Part shown: one piece after another, positions 62,513-64,000 of the stretch
How positions within the stretch are numbered: position 1 is the first letter of the stretch
How the letters are laid out: each line of letters starts with the position of its first letter
From: Smithellaceae bacterium
Lineage (GTDB): Bacteria; Desulfobacterota; Syntrophia; Syntrophales; Smithellaceae
Direction: 5' to 3'
Length of the DNA: 64,000 bases
NCBI GenBank assembly: GCA_963667845.2
Contig: CAXXVL010000002.1
Location: 3,008,001 to 3,072,000 of the forward strand
Position numbers and translations under genes: made by a program
The notes under the pieces: model-generated
Seen by the model: only the letters and a program-made list of their open reading frames with translations
What the model was told of the DNA's origin: nothing
Database searches by the model: none

Positions 62513-62680
62513 AGGATAATAACAATGACGGGTCGCTTTTCGGTTCTCCTCCATTACGAGGTGCCCTGAAAATTAACGCGACGTTACATCTTCCATGCCG
62601 TTGCTGTCAAGTATTTTAAAATCATTGCGTAAAATCCGACTTTGAGTTAGTAACCGCTAATTCATATTTAAGAGGCCAAC

Positions 62681-64000
62681 ATGATTAGTAAATCCATTTA
62701 TGTCATCTCAGTGCTTATGATTACGATCCTTTTACCAATTAGTGCTTTGCAAGCGACTGGTCCGGAGAATAAGAGCGGCAAGCAACCTTCTGCTGCTACG
62801 GTCAACTCGACAAGCAGCACCGACGGGCAGCGTGCCGTCCTCACCGTGACGCCGAGGGAAATAGACCTGGGATCGATCCGGCCCGGTGACTCCGTCGAGG
62901 GAGAGTTTAGTCTGAAGAATGTTGTTCCCGGCGGCATGGAATGGTCAGCTTACTGTCCGGAAGACTGGCAGAGTGCCACGGGTAAAATAAGCAAAGTAGC
63001 AACATCAAATGACCCGACTTATCTGAAAATGGAATTGGCGATTGCGGAAAATACGGAAAGTAGTCCTGGCGACAAATCAAGAGCGTTACTGTACCGCACC
63101 AGCATGAAAATGGAAGTCGAAGGCAAAGAGCTCCTGTGCCAGAAAGACTTAAAAGCAGGTACTTACCGTAATGCCATTCGACTGACATCAACCGGTGGGC
63201 GGCGAACCATTTTTGTAGATTTCAGGATTCGTGCATTACAGGCGATGCCTTCCATCAACCTGAACCCTCAGCGTCTCGATCTGGGTGAGCAATTGCCCGG
63301 CAAGATCATTTCAAGAAAAATAGAACTGACCAACAAGGGTAGAGAGATGCTGAGATGGTCCGTCACGACGTCGGAAGTGAGGTCGGGAGAGCTTTCCAAA
63401 GAACTACAGAAAGAAAGATACTTTTCGTTCCACATCGAAGAAGTGGCTGAGCAAGGGAAATATATTGTCCCTGCCCATTTGAGTGATTCCGTGGAATTAA
63501 TCGGAAAGTGGACGGAAAAGAAGGGCTACCCTGTAAGCAAAGGAAATGCCAGTGCAATCAAGTTCAGGTTTCACGGAACCGGGATCAGCTTTTTCCTGCA
63601 ATCGCATACGGAAGACGGAAACTGTTTGATCTACCTTGATGAAGTTTTAATGAGTCTGCCGGATGTGCTGTCCGGACAGTGGGAAAAGAAGGAATTGGTG
63701 GTTGCCGAGGGACTTCCAGACGGTCCGCATATGGCTTCCATTGTTGTCAAGGAGGGCAGCTTGGAGCTGGAAGGCGTCAAGGTGTTTGGAAAGAACATCA
63801 TGAGAGGGCCCAAAGGCTGGATTACGGTTTTCCCCAATTCCGGAACAACTTTGAACGAAACGGATTATATCAATGTTAAAGTTGATACCTCCTATCTGGC
63901 GCCCGGTTATTACGGTGACCAGATCGTATTTAAATCAAACGTGGGGCAGGAAGTTGCGGAAGTATTTATCGATGTAATTTCCGATGCGGGACACAAAGTC
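62681..64000 (+). CDS. Large secreted protein with Ig-like/BACON-like domains (3'-partial)
   Basis: Not in ORF track; frame open from ATG 62681 to the window end; signal peptide, repeated P..lDLG...G.......L.N.....W. Confidence 0.75.
   Translation, partial: MISKSIYVISVLMITILLPISALQATGPENKSGKQPSAATVNSTSSTDGQRAVLTVTPREIDLGSIRPGDSVEGEFSLKNVVPGGMEWSAYCPEDWQSATGKISKVATSNDPTYLKMELAIAENTESSPGDKSRALLYRTSMKMEVEGKELLCQKDLKAGTYRNAIRLTSTGGRRTIFVDFRIRALQAMPSINLNPQRLDLGEQLPGKIISRKIELTNKGREMLRWSVTTSEVRSGELSKELQKERYFSFHIEEVAEQGKYIVPAHLSDSVELIGKWTEKKGYPVSKGNASAIKFRFHGTGISFFLQSHTEDGNCLIYLDEVLMSLPDVLSGQWEKKELVVAEGLPDGPHMASIVVKEGSLELEGVKVFGKNIMRGPKGWITVFPNSGTTLNETDYINVKVDTSYLAPGYYGDQIVFKSNVGQEVAEVFIDVISDAGHKV

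Overview
Ordinary bacterial chromosome segment, probably from an anaerobic deltaproteobacterium (Desulfobacterota, Syntrophales-like; inferred from protein content and gene order, not proven). About 55 protein-coding genes; no rRNA, tRNA, CRISPR array or transposase was recognised. Bases 1-43 kb hold two Liv-type ABC transporter sets, glycerate kinase, a Zn alcohol dehydrogenase, an RND efflux pump, an Rrf2-nadA-metX-metW-ridA-MOSC run, cell-wall enzymes, budA, mscL, rubrerythrin, a stand-alone EF-G paralog and an adenylate cyclase. Three copies of a 60-105 bp palindromic intergenic element and two small pseudogene remnants also lie there. The most unusual part is 41.7-57.1 kb, which reads as a 'ghost' flagellar cluster. 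The structural genes appear reduced to short decayed fragments in the ancestral order (motA, flhB, flhA, flgF/G, possibly flgJ, flgL). The signalling and regulatory genes remain open: a sigma54 activator, cheR-cheD-HDOD-cheY-cheX-cheB-cheA (CheA has tandem MshEN-like motifs), flhG, fliA, a degenerate histidine kinase, flgM, csrA (missed by the ORF track) and a REC-GAF-HD-GYP phosphodiesterase, with near-consensus sigma28 and sigma54 promoters. The window ends with trmFO-topA-dprA and a truncated secreted protein. All family calls come from motifs recognised by eye; no database searches were run.
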